NCBI RefSeq assembly: GCF_036971445.1 | Contig: NC_091471.1 | Coordinates: 263,934,001-263,998,000 of the forward strand | Source: Narcine bancroftii | Taxonomy: Eukaryota | DNA: 64,000 nt | Direction: 5' to 3' | Shown: one piece after another, positions 12,181 to 24,978 of the stretch | How positions within the stretch are numbered: the first letter of the stretch is position 1 | Layout of the letters: every line of letters starts with the position of its first letter | Notes under the pieces: model-generated | What the model saw: the letters and a program-made list of their open reading frames with translations, nothing else | What the model was told of the DNA's origin: nothing | The model's database searches: none | Program-made: the position numbers and the translations under genes

Positions 12181-14117
12181 TCTTGAGGCAGTAAGATAGT
12201 TAAACTTCTAACTTCTGCCTGGGATAATTGTACTATTTAATTAATTTAATAATTTATCGTACTCAAACTTTCTCCTGTTATCGTTATCTTTCAGTGTGAC
12301 CATCCCCACCCCCTGAACACTCTTTCCATTGTAAGGCTGTCCACCATCTCCTTTAATGCATTTTATTTAAATTTTAAAAAAAATTTAGATGTACATAAAG
12401 CACGGTAACAGGTCCTTTTGGCCCATGAGCCCTTGCCATCCAATTGACCTATGTTTTGAATGGTGAGAGGCAACATACGTAGACACCGGGAGAATGTACA
12501 AATTCCTTATTTCCTGCCTTTCATCACTCATTGTAACAGCAAATTCTGTTCTCTGAACTTGGATGTCATTCATTTTCTTCTGAATTGCCTGTTTGATTTC
12601 TTGATTCCTCTACTTTTTCTCTTTAGTGGAAATGTTCTGTCTATTTTATTAAGTTTAATAATTTTAAAGCATTATTTGGTTAAAACCTAATCTACATTTT
12701 TCAAGATAAAAGGAAACCAATCTGCTCATCCAGTAACATTTAGCCATAAAACTCCCAGGCAATAACCCCATAGCCAACAAGAGTATTCACCAGCTCCCCA
12801 TAACTGGTAGTGAGAGAGGATGGCTACATTCCATTCTTTTGTTATCAGTTTCAACATCCCTAAGGCATATAAGAAATTCCTTATTTGGCAAAGCATTAAA
12901 AAGACTATTGGGTAAGGAACATCACCCTCATTAATGAACTTTAAGAAGTATTTTCTGAATGTTCTGGAAAACTGGAGGTTCTGTCTATAATTGTAATCCA
13001 CAAGGTAGACTCTTGGGGTGAGACTAGCTTTTTGTGGCAGTGCCTCTTGCTGTAATGGAGTTCTCACACTTTGCAAAGTGATTAAAAATGTGTTTTTGCA
13101 TGTATTCTTTTGTTTTCAAAGAACCACTTTAACAACCTTGTCTTTCTGTGATATTATTTTTGTCAAGTGCCCCACCATCAATATCCTGGAGTTACCATTT
13201 CCAAAAAATTCAACTGGACCAGCCATGTTAATACGGTGGCTACAGGTTAAAGGATAGATATCCTGCACTGAGTGACTTGCATCCTGACACCCCCAAGACA
13301 CTTTTGCCATCACAAGGCAATTTTAGGAGTGCAGTTCCATACTTTCCACTTCCCTAGATGAATACAGAGCCAACAATTCTCAAGATGCTCAACGCCATCT
13401 AGCACAGAGCTTGAACGGCACCCCATCAACTCTCTTAAATTTTAATATCTACCACCACTGGCTCACAGTGGTGTAACAAAGTACACCACAGTTACTCTGT
13501 AAGGTTATTGTAAAGCACCTCCCAAACATGTGCCTTCTCTTACCACGAAGGGCAGGGCATGGATGGGAACACCGCAACTTTGATTCCCCTCCTAGTTGCA
13601 CACCATATTGATGTGGATATAGATTGCTGGTCCTTCATTGTCACTAGATCTCCCTACCAACTTCACTTTAGGAGAAGAACTCTAGCCCAATGAATAATAT
13701 GTAATAAATGCTGGACTTGCCAGCAATACCTGCAAGCCATAAAATGAGTGAATAAAACTAATACCTATGTTAGTACAACTATGTTAAATATAAATTTAGA
13801 CATACAGCATGGTAATAATCCCTTTCATGCTGCCCAAATACACCCAATTGAACTATACCCCAGTACGTTTTTGAACAGTGGGAGACCCTAGGGAAAACCC
13901 ACGCAGAGACAGAGGGAATGTACAAACTCCTAACAGACAGCAAGGGATTTGAATCCCATTGTAGCAGTGTAGCGCTAACCATGCCATTGAAATTTATTTG
14001 CCAAAAAATATGACCATTCTGGACATGTATTGGATTTCTATCTACAATTTACCCAAAGGTAAAATGGCTAAAGTAGAAGTATGATGTTGGTGGCATAACT
14101 ATTTGTCTCTTCCACAG

Positions 14118-14189
14118 CTAGCGGGATTTTGAAAGGGTTTGACCCACTCCTCAATCTTGTACTGGATGGAACTATAGAGTACGTGAGAG
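14118..14189 (+). CDS. LSM7: LSM7 exon 3 (ASGILKGFDPLLNLVLDGTIEYVR)
   Basis: ccacag|CTAGC...GAGAG|gtaaga; 72 nt; Sm1 motif. Confidence 0.97.
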
Positions 14190-14331
14190 GTAAGAGAATG
14201 TCAATAAATGCTGCAGTATATTCAGCTGTTTCTTCCTTATAAAACTATAACTAAACAGACCCAGAAATACTGTATATATTCGTATAATCATCAATACCAT
14301 TTAATAATCAACCCCCACCCACCCATTTTTT

Positions 14332-15882
14332 CTTTCTTTTCCAATCTTTTTATTATTATTATAATTTATAAACACATACAGTTCAAAGAGATATGAAAAA
14401 TACATAGTAAATAACAAATTAATACAGAAATATTAAACAATAATATTGCAGAATAAAAATATATCATAAAAAATTTTTTAGATCAGTTTAGAGTATGAAC
14501 TATCTCTTAAAAAAAATGATATAATTAATAAAAATATATAAAAAAAAGAGAGAAAAAAAACCCCAAAAAGGAAGAAAAAACAAATCTGAATTAAAAACTT
14601 TTAAAAAAAAACCTACCGACATAGCTAAACCACGCCGATCACTCCGATCTCATCTAGCAGCCCAATTATCATACATAATCATAAAAAGAAAACAGAGCCA
14701 GATCAATGGATTGAACATTGGCTGAAAGGGAGAGGCCAGAGAGTGGTAGTGGATAATTGTCTCAGGTTGGAGGCCGGTGATCAGTGGTGTGCCTCAAGGA
14801 TCTGTATTGGGCCCATTGTTGTTCGTTATATACATTAATGATCTAGATGATGGGGTGGTGAATTGGATTAGTAAATATGCAGACGATACTAAGATAGGTG
14901 GAATAGTGGATAATGAAGAAGGTTTTCAAGGATTGCAGAGGGATTTGGGCTGCTTAGAAAAGTGGGCTGAAAAATGGCAGATGGAATTTAATGCTGATAA
15001 GTGTGAGGTGCTTCATTTTGGTAAGAAGAATCAGAATAGGACATACGTGGTAAATGGGAGAGCATTGAGTAATACAGAAGAGCAGAAAGATTTAGGAGTA
15101 ACGGTACATCGTTCCCTGAAGGTAGAAACTCACGTGAATAGGGTGGTGAAGAAGGCTTTTAGTATGCTGGCCTTTATCAATCATTGCATGGAATATAGGA
15201 GTTGGGAGGTGATGTTGAGATTGTATAAGACGTTGGTGCAGCCTAATTTGGAGTTCTGTGTGCAGTTCTGGTCGCCTAATTATAGGAAGGATATAAACAG
15301 AGTGGAGAGAGTGCAGAGAAGGTTTACCAGAATGTTACCTGGGTTTAAGCATCTAGAGTATAGGGAGAGATTGGACAGATTAGGTCTTTATTCTTTGGAG
15401 CGTAGAAGGTTGAGAGGGGATTTGATAGAAGTATTTAAGATTATGAAAGGGATAGACAGAGTGGATGTGGATAGACTATTTCCGTTAAGAGGTGGAAAGA
15501 TTAAAACAAGAGGACATGAGTTAAGAATTAAGGGGCAGAGGTTTAGAGGTAACATGAGGGGGATCTTCTTTACTCAGATAGTGGTAGCCGTGTGGAATGA
15601 TCTTCCGGGAGAAATAATGGCGGCGGAGTCAATTGTATTATTTAAGAAAAGGTTGGACAGGTATATGGATGAGAAGAAGATGGAGGGTTATGGGCATTGT
15701 GCAGGGAGGTGGGACTAGAAAGGGGTGTTTGGTTCAGTGCGGACTAGAAGGGCCTAATGGCCTGTTTCCGTGCTGTAATTGTTATATGTTATATGTTATG
15801 GAACTCACCACAAATGAAAATATTGAATAAATGGTCGCCAGGTTAACTCAAACTTAGAAGGGGATTCATAGACAGAGTTTCT
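14332..15882 (-). mobile_element. Short 5'-truncated L1 of a second subfamily (ORF2 C-terminus and 3'UTR/poly-A), interrupted by a CR1
   Basis: The reverse strand of 15800-15875 encodes VYESPSKFELTWRPFIQYFHLW*, a typical L1 ORF2 end. T-rich tail at ~14330; TSD CCACCCATTTTTT at 14319 and 15883. Confidence 0.7.
14705..15800 (+). mobile_element. Young 5'-truncated CR1 LINE with an uninterrupted RT C-terminal ORF (14777-15718)
   Basis: SGVPQGSVLGPLLF, KYADDTK, WQMEFNADKC, LERRRLRGDLIEVFK; 3' tail (TGTTATA)n. Confidence 0.93.
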
Positions 15883-16613
15883 CCACCCATTTTTTGGTCT
15901 GTCTGAGCTCCTGATGCCCTGATTGCAGACTCTCTCTTAAGCCCCAGCTGCCCATCAGAGCTCCCAACGCCTCAATTGCAGACTCACCACCCGATCCCTG
16001 CCATCTGAGCTCCCGTCGCCTTGAACGACGCAGGTATAATAAGTTTCCCCATATCCAAAAAGCTTGAGACTGGTCGGTTTTTGGTTATTGGGTTTTTTCA
16101 CTTAATGGAACCATGGTTTCAAGAAGCTCAGTTGCATCAGTAGAATACTTGTATCAGCGGTTAAACAACAACAAAAAAAAAGACTTTTCAAGCATGAAAT
16201 AATGTTTTAATACATACCAAAAAACTTGATCTCTCCTTAAACAAAAAAGATGAATGCAGCACCAAACACTGTACAGTACACAAGAGCTCTCTTATCAAAA
16301 TGGCACCAACAGAGCATCAGAGCCCCACATGGGGAAGTTGGGTGATCAGGTTTTTCAATTTGTGATATCATGTCAGCACCACAAAAAAAAGTTTGGCTCA
16401 TGGATCATTTTAGTTAATGGAAGTTTCGATGAGGGGAAATGTACTTACCACAGTCAAAAGTACGACCCGGGTATAAGTCAACCCCACTCCCCCCCCCCCC
16501 CAACCAAAATGTAACCTGAAAAATTGGTCCAAAATACTCGACAATTACACGAGTATATTCTAGTAGTCATGACGCCCTCTTGGAGGATGTCATTCTATCC
16601 ACGTTTTCAACAC

Positions 16614-18687
16614 TTTTTTAAAAAAAATATATTTTTCACGCTATGAACCATGTTAACCAAAATACACACAAACATTTCCCTCTTGAATATACACAGTCAT
16701 TTTCTCCCCTTTCCCCCCCTCCCACCCACTAAACGTTCAACATATATGATACATTAAACCCATTAAACAACGTCATCACACAATGAAAATAATCAAGAAA
16801 ATTGTGTCATCTACTTTTACACACTGGGTCAGTTCATTTTGTCTTCTTCTCATTCTGTCATTTTAGGGGGTGGAGGTCCACGGTAGGCCCTCTCTGTTGT
16901 GTTCCATATACAGTTCCCAAATTTGTTCGAATACTGTGATGTTATTTCTTAAATTTATATGTTATTTTTTCCAATGGAATACATTTATTCATTTCTATGC
17001 ACCATGCTGTCCTCTCAGGCTCTCTTCTGATTTCCAGGTTAACATTATACATTTTTTTGCTACAGCTAAGGCAATCATAATAAATCTTTTTTGTGCTCCA
17101 TCCAAATCAAGTCCAAGTTCTTTACTTCTTATATTACTTAGAAGAAAGATCTCTGGATTTTTTGGTATGTTGCTTTTTGTGATTTTTATTTAATACCTGA
17201 TTTAGATCTTCCCAAAACTTTTCCACTTTCTCACATGCCCAAATTGCATGTACTGTTGTTCCCGTTTCCTTCTTACAGCGAAAACATCTATCTGATACTG
17301 TTGAGTCCCATTTATTTAACTTTTGGGGCGTGGTGTATAGCCTGTGTAACCAATTATATTGTATCATGCGTAACATCGCATTTATTGTATTTCGCATAGT
17401 TCCGGACCATAGCTTTTCCCATTCTTCATTTTTTTATCTTTGTTTAGATCTTGTTCCCATTTTTGTTTGGGTTTACAGCGTATTTCATCATTCTCTTTCT
17501 CTTGCAGCTTGATGTACATGTTCATTATAAATCTTTTAATTATCATTGTGTCTGTAATCACATATTCAAAGCTGCTTCCTTCTGGTAACCTCAGCCTGCT
17601 TCCCAATTTGTCCTTCAAGTAGGTTTTCAGTTGGTGGTATGCAAACATTGTACTGTGAGTTATACCATATTTGTACTTCATTTGTTCAAAAGATAATAAA
17701 TTGTTTCCCAAAAAACAATTTTCTATTCTTTTGATCCCTTTTCTCTCCCATTCTCTAAGGGAAAGGTTATCTATTGTGAAAGGGATTAGTTGATTTTGCG
17801 TCAGTAATAATTTTGGTAGTTGGTAATTTTATTTTTCCTTTCTATGTGAATCTTCTTCCAAATGTTGAGCAGATGGTGCAGTACTGGTGAACTTCTATGT
17901 TGCACCAGCTTTTCATCCCACTTATATAGTATATGTTCAGGTACCTTCTCCCCTATTTTATCCAGCTCTAATCTGGTCCAATCTGGTTTTTCCCTTGTTT
18001 GATAAAAATCTGATAGGTATCTTAATTGTGGTGCTCTATAATAATTCTTAAAGTTTGGTAGCTGTAAGCCCCCTTGTTTGTACCATTCTGTTAATTTATC
18101 TAGCGCTATCCTCGGTTTTCTCCCTTTCCATAAGAATTTCCTTATTATTTTCTTTAGCTCATTGAAGAATTTCTCTGTTAAGGGAATTGGTAACGATTTA
18201 AATAGTTATTGTATCCTTGGAAAAATATTCATTTTAATGCAATTTACCCTTCCTATCAGTGTTAGTGGTAAATCTTTACAATGTTCTAAGTCATCTTGTA
18301 ATTTCTTCATTAATGGCTGATAATTTAATTTGTATAGATGGCCTAGATTATTATCTACTCTAATTCCTAGGTATCGGATTGCTTGTGTTTGTCATTTAAA
18401 TGGTGATTCTTTCTTAAACTTATTCATTGGCATTGCTTCACTTTTATTTGCGTTGATCTTGTACCCCGATACTTCTCCATATTCCTTCAATTTCTTATGT
18501 AATTCTTTTATTGATATTTCTGGTTCTGTTAAGTATACTATGACATCATCTGCAAATAGACTGAATTTATATTCCTTCTCTTTTATTTTTATCCCTTTTA
18601 TTTTATTTTCTGTTCTTATCACTTCTGTCAAGGGTTCTATAGCTAATGCGAACAGTGAGAGAGATAGTGGACATCCCTGCCTAGTTG
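16614..18687 (-). mobile_element. 5'-truncated L1 copy C (RT to 3'UTR/poly-A) in LSM7 intron 3
   Basis: RQGCPLS, LFADD and the CCHC region CFRCKKETGTTVHAIWAC; TSD ACGTTTTCAACAC at 16601-16613 and 18688-18700. Confidence 0.92.
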
Positions 18688-19034
18688 ACGTTTTCAACAC
18701 ATTTAAGCAAGTTAATTTGATGCAGATATATTGACAGGAGAAGGAATTTAGTATGTTGCTAAATTCTAGTGAGGTTTTCACTGTTAGTATGATGCCAGTC
18801 ATTGGAACCATGTACTAATTGATTTGTAACTCAGGAATCCTATGAATACTAGAATGTAACATTGATCATCTTTCCAAAAAGAAAGAACTTGATATTATCT
18901 TGACCAAGTTTTACTCTAATTTGCCAGATAATATTGATGCTTGAGGAGATGATGATGTATTGAGATAGGGAAAAACTAGTATTAGCTGAGCTGCTGTAGT
19001 GAAAAGTTTTGCTTGAATTTGCCCAGAATGTGAC

Positions 19035-19275
19035 AGCATGGTTGGAGTAGTGATGTGTAACGCCTTTACAGCGCCAGCGATTGGGACTGGTGTTTGAATT
19101 CAGTGCTGTTTGTATGTTCTCCTTGTGTCACATGGGCTTCCTCTGGGTGCAACAGTTTCCTCCCACTGTTCAAAATATACTGGGGAGGGGGGGTGGGGGT
19201 TGTAGGTCAATGGAGCAGCACGGGCTTGTGGGCCGAAATGGCCTGTTACCATGATGTAGGTCTAAATTTCTTTTG
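19035..19275 (+). mobile_element. tRNA-derived SINE (other copies ~12380-12540 -, 13790-13990 -, 45945-46110 +, 60790-61020 -)
   Basis: A/B-box-like head (GGTGTTTGAATTC), body TTTGTATGTTCTCC..GTG, tail GGCCTGTTACC.TG.TGTA..TCTAAATT. Confidence 0.65.
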
Positions 19276-19356
19276 AAGTAAATGTTCTATATAATGCCTT
19301 GTGTGGTAAAGATGGATGTTTAGAAGATGGGTATAAATTGTGCTCATGATTTTCAG

Positions 19357-19499
19357 ATCCAGATGACCAATACAAATTGACCGAAGACACCCGTCAACTT
19401 GGTTTGGTTGTATGCCGAGGAACTTCAGTTGTTCTAATTTGCCCACAAGATGGCATGGAGGCCATTCCAAACCCTTTCATCCAGCAGCAAGATGGTTAG
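19357..19499 (+). CDS. LSM7: LSM7 exon 4 (DPDDQYKLTEDTRQLGLVVCRGTSVVLICPQDGMEAIPNPFIQQQDG*); total CDS 312 nt, 103 aa
   Basis: tttcag|ATCC...TAG; Sm2 motif VVCRG; the exon lengths sum to 104 codons. Confidence 0.97.
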
Positions 19500-19764
19500 C
19501 TTGGAAACATCACATCAACAGATCTCAGGATTTCAATTTGTTTTTATCCATTAGCTAACGCTGATGTGTTTGATGGGTCTTATAATATCACCAGCATGGG
19601 GAGGTTTCTAAATGTGCGAAACAGGATAAGTGGTTTGGCTGGCAAGCAAGAGATTGCACTCTTTTCTTTATTGTGTACAGGTCAATCATGAACTATTCTG
19701 ATAGTGGCTCTATCACCAGTAATTGAGAAGTGGTGTATTTTCACGTGGTGATCTGTAATACAGA

Positions 19765-19770
19765 AATAAA
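19765..19770 (+). terminator. Candidate LSM7 polyadenylation signal (alternatives near 20183 and 20348)
   Basis: First AATAAA after the stop codon. Confidence 0.5.
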
Positions 19771-22269
19771 GCTTGTTCAGTGCAACCAGCAAAAAATGCA
19801 GATACTGAATAATAGCACAAAATGCTGGGAATACCCAGCAAGTCGAGCAGCATTGGTGGAGAAAAGAAACAGTTAATGTTTCAGATTGATAACCTTTTTC
19901 AGGGTCATTGACCCAAACCGTTAATACCTTTTTTTGTCCATTTTGAGTATTTTCCAGACTTATTTCACAATGCTGAGCTCCCTATTGCAGTGGATCATAC
20001 ACTGCAAGCCCCAGGTGGATTTACCCAGCAACAATCACCAGTGAAAGACACCTTTTGTTACAAAAACCAGCTGATTTAGAAACCTACTTTGTACATTTCA
20101 TTTGTGTTTATTTAAAATGAATTGATATTTCTGGAACCACCTTTTATTTTCTCAAGTAACTTTTTACTCTATTCTTTTTTTTAATAAAACTTGAAGTTAT
20201 TCCAGATAATTGTGAATAACATTTCAGTAATTTGTGTTGGAGTCTTGCATAGAAATATCATTTAATGTAAGCCTCTTTAAAGATTTAATTTGTTCCCTTT
20301 ATTTTTTGATGCTGAACATGGATGTAAAACATTGTCCAATGTTTACAATAAACTTTTGTTTTTCCAGTATTTGCTGTTGATTCTGTTTTATTTCTCCTCT
20401 TAAAGAATTTGTGGTAATGAAAAGGCTGATGCAAGTCTTGGAAAAGAATAGGCAATGTTTGGAGGATGGCACAAGAATGTTTTTTTAAACTGCAGTGTTG
20501 GGAAAATTGCTGAAAAAATTAGCATAATTACTGCCCATGAAGTCGTTCACACTGGACGCCATTTTAGACTGCAAATACCTGAGTGCAACAGTCCCGGTGG
20601 TTAGATGTGCCGTAGGTTGAATGACCAACAACAAAGGTTTCTGGTACGATTTACACCGCAGGCTTTCTCCAAAAAGTTGCAAGATAAATCACAGTGCTGG
20701 AATTGACTCAAAATTCCTGCACATTCCTTTTTAGACTCCCCGTGTAGCGGCAAAATTCCTTGATTGTACCATTACATGCCTGCGGACTAAAACCAATAAG
20801 GAAGATTAATAGTTGTGAAGGTCCCTGAGAATAAGGGGAGATTAATAATAATCTTACATTGAAGAGGCATTTAGATAGAAACATGAACAGGCAAGAAAAT
20901 GGAGGATATAGATCATGGGCAGGCAGATGAGAGTTTGGATTAGCATAGATCAGTGAAGACGGTGCCTGTTATGTTCTAATTTAATTGAAAGGGTAAATGT
21001 GTTGACTGATTTAAAGGTCAGGAACTGTTTCGAGAAGCCATCTGTTTCAATTTAACTAAAATAGACATGACTACAAACTGAAACTAGTCCCTTCATGAGA
21101 TAAAGGAACAATGGTGCAAAGTAACATTCTCTCATTCTCACTGGGGGAGTTCTTTGGCTTTGCTGGACATGAAAGTCTCAGATGCTCCATGTATTGAAAA
21201 CTAAACAGCGTCCATCTGTTTGTGAGGTCAGAAATCGTTGGTCCATTTGAAATTCCATACTTCAACAGTGGCTTGCATCCTGGAGAGGGCACTCCAGCCA
21301 CTACCAGAGGTGCAGTTTGACTGACAGTGGCCACACACAGTTTGTGACCAAATACTTGTTCATAATCTCCAGTAAAAGTTGAAATAAAGCAATGGAGAAA
21401 GTGATGGACAATTCTTGATACTTGCAAATTAAATTTTAATTAAAGTCTTTTATTCCAGATGAGGTGACATTCTGATTCCTTGACATGAAATTTAACCCTT
21501 TTAGAAATGGAACGGAACCTTTCATTAATTTTTACCTGTATAACTGGATTATGTGATATCAGCTCTATGGTTCCATTAAAATTCACAAATGTGTTTCTTC
21601 TGTTGCTCTACTAATAAATATTTGTAATTAAATTATAATTAATTAATGAATAATGAAGTATTTAACATTTAGTTTCCTTCAAAGTTGCAAAAATGACTGT
21701 TAATATTGTTTTTAATTATTTGTTAAGCTAATCTTTCATGGCCTACACATAAACCAAATTGTTTTATAGCCAATGAACATGATTACCGTTATCAGTAAAG
21801 TTTTTACAAACAACCAGATTAATGACTAATTTTGTTGAGGATAAAGTGCAGACTCAAATAACTTTTTCCTTGCTCTTTTGGGACCTTCTTATTCATCTGT
21901 TAGGATAGATTAAACTTTGCTTTTAACATTGCATTTAACAAAGACGCATTCTGACTGCAGCATTCCATCATCACTGCATTAAAGTATTAGTATGGATTAT
22001 TTTGCTCAAATATGGACTATTATATGGTAACTGGCAGAAATTGCTGCTCTTGGCTTAATTCATTACAAGTTTATCAATATAGTAAAGTGCCAGAAAATTT
22101 AGTTTATTCTGTAGTGACTATTACACTTTAACCCTTACATTGGATGTAGAGAATGAACCAGCTTATTGACATTCCATCTGCCTCGGGGGTAGACTCAGAG
22201 GTGAAGTCGCTCCAACTCCTCCATAAAAGGAATGCCTCTGAATTTGGCTCCAAGGGGGAAGGGCTGATG

Positions 22270-22600
22270 ATGACACGATGACGCCATCAGCCTGTGACCC
22301 AGGAGCGTGAATTTTAAAAAAACCCATAAGGTTAATAGGGGCTATTACATTGCGCAGGAAATCTGCCCGAGTCCTAAGACTGCTTGCACAGATCTCCACT
22401 AGTGCTCTTACTTGCTTTACTGTTATTATTTTCGAGTATAGGCTGCTTTCCCTTCTCGGCATGCAAGTTTGACGTCACAGTGGCGGGCGGCACTTCTGCA
22501 CCACTCGACCTGCCTTATTCAGCTCTGGAAGACGGCTCCCGACTCAGCTCTGCGTAAAGACACTGCAGGGTCTTTATTATTGGTCGTCACCATAAAAGGT
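22270..22600 (+). promoter_or_regulatory. Candidate CRE/GC-box promoter with a first-exon splice donor
   Basis: Full CRE TGACGTCA at 22470-22477, CRE-like TGACGCCA at 22279, GGCGGGCGG at 22482, local CpG retention, donor AAAG|gtaaat at 22598. Confidence 0.4.
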
Positions 22601-24866
22601 AAATTCGCCTTTTTTAAAAAAAAATGAGCCAGCTATAATGCAGGGTTTCAACATAAAAAGGGCTAGTGAGAGCAAACACAAGGTTGTCCTCCAGCTTTGC
22701 AATTTGCACATTCTTTTATCTACGTCCTCATGCACTAAATGCTCCTAATCACCACCAACCTTATAATCATGTTTACAGCTTCCCATCCTCATTATCACCC
22801 TGGTTTCCAACACAAAATGTTTTTTTCTCTTCCCACAGATGCAACCCGACCTGCTACATATTTCCAGTGTGCTTTTGTTTTTCAGCATGCGTTTTCTTTT
22901 AAATTTTCACTTACATTCTTGATGTTTGCACTACATGAGCAGGGGATTCCAAGTATCTCATGTAGTTCTCCCAACACAAGTCACCTGACAAGGAGTGTCA
23001 CTCTCCCCCATGATTATCATTGCCTTATTTGGCCCTCACAACATGCCTGAAGGAAATATGGGACACAAGCTCAGAGTCCAGATTTATTGATGCACAGAAG
23101 GGCACAGGTTCTTTGCAATAGAAAAGCACACATCATTGGTGATTGTACAATCAGTTACACCTGACAGTGAGCAGTTACACCAAACAAATTAGCTCACTGA
23201 CTGTAGAATAGCAAAGGTCTGTTTCAAGATTATGTGTGTTGATAGTGTATAACATCTGTGATCTATTCCTTGGGGAACCCTTGGACAATAAGCATGTTGA
23301 CACCCAATCTGGTACTGGAGGAAGTACAAGTCTTCACAACAAACATCTGATCCAAATACTGCTGTCGTGTTCTAGTTTTAAATTTATTAAAGTGGTTTCA
23401 ATATTTGGAGAACACTGGGAAAACTATTAGCTAGGTTAACCAAATCTTCATTCAAAATATTACAAAGTAGAACAATTGCACAAACAATGTAATATCGCAG
23501 CTCCACAGACTGGAAATTGAATGTACAAGATACACAAATCAAACTTTTAAAATTGACATCCACTGATTATTCTTATGCAGACAGTAGTTATTTTATAATT
23601 TTATTATGGTTTCATATCCATCAGCAAAGTGATCACAATTTCAATTCTCTTCATCAATTCCCTGGTGATTTCTAGATCACTCCTGATCCCTCCTCTCCAC
23701 ATTTTCATCTCCTGGCATTGCTCTACACTTCTACAACCACCCCAGTCCAATGGTGCTTGAATTATGGGAACTTGATCACAATCTTGATCAGTTATGTATA
23801 ATTATATTTCAATATTAAAATTGTGTTCAACAGGTCACTACAAGTGAAATGCACTGTATTTTGATATACAAAAATCAAGTTGCAAACTAGATTCAGCATC
23901 GCCAATAATTCCATCACAAGGATAGCTGCTCAGAAAAGTCAGCTTGAGTTTTCATTCTGCAAGCAAGTTAGTGCAGAGGTATCTGTGTATTTCTTGCTTG
24001 TGATGTGTATTTTGCTTACTGTCAGTAAATCCTGAGTTAATACTTCAGAGACTACATTTCATGCCACACACTGCTAAAAAAAATGATGACTCTCAATAAA
24101 TTGCTTACTGATTAGATAACATGAGAGTCAGCGCAATCAATACCTGTATCGGAAATGAACTCCAACAAGTGATTTTAAGAGTGCCTATAAAAGCTGGTGT
24201 GGCACAAAAGCAACCCAGCAACGAATATACTTGGAGAAATTGCACTCCAAGCTTGAAATGCATCTTGGGGAGGGAGGGGAAACTAAAAGACTGTACCAAA
24301 GAATAAATGCACCTCGGGAACAACACATCAGCAATAATTCACCAGATCAACTGTACCCTTGCAAGGGAATGCATGAGGGGAAGACTGTACTATCAAGGCA
24401 AGCACCTGAGAAAGAGTGCACTGAAAGGTAATACACTCAATCTACACTTTTGAGATCTATCGGGTCAACATTGCTCAATGATTGTACCTAGGAAAACATA
24501 ACCATGCTGAAATTTGTCCGAGGCAATATTATTCCAAGGAGGAATGAGCTCGGGCACTGGATCCCATTAATTAATCATTTTATTTTAAAAAAATGATGCA
24601 ACAATCTGAATATCTGATTCCCTATTATTGAGTAATTGGACCTGCATATTCTATTCATGTTGTAATACATGGAAATCCAGATCATTAACAACATAAAAAT
24701 AATCAATGGTGTCAAAGATGTGAGCACAACTCTCATATAAATAAACCCACAGAACACAATACTTAAATATCATTCCATATATTATTGTGCAGTCATTTTC
24801 AATCTGATAAAAAGCTTTTATTTCTCAACTACGTATTGTTAGCTATGACTTCAAGAATTATTGCAA

Positions 24867-24978
24867 ATCGTTTAGTGGGTGGGGAGGGGGAGAAAGGGGA
24901 GAAAATGAAGAGAGAAATGTTTATGTGTATTTTGGTCAATATGGTTCATAGTGTGAAAAATTTAAAAAATTTAAAAAA
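24867..24978 (+). mobile_element. Extremely 5'-truncated L1 (3'UTR and A-tail)
   Basis: Matches the 3' end of copy C (ATGGTTCATAG.GTGAAAAAT); TSD AAGAATTATTGCAA at 24853-24866 and 24979-24992. Confidence 0.85.

Larger units (their letters stand above)
14268..16565. mobile_element. pogo/Tc1-mariner-like MITE split by nested insertions
   Basis: Degenerate TIRs TACTGTATATATTCGTATAA (14268) and TTACACGAGTATATTCTAGTA (~16545-16565), plus an internal CCCGGGTATAAGTC subrepeat. Confidence 0.5.

Noticed and set aside
21439-21443. 5-nt micro-exon-like ttccag|ATGAG|gtgaca
   Set aside because: No gene model needs it, and such short matches occur by chance.
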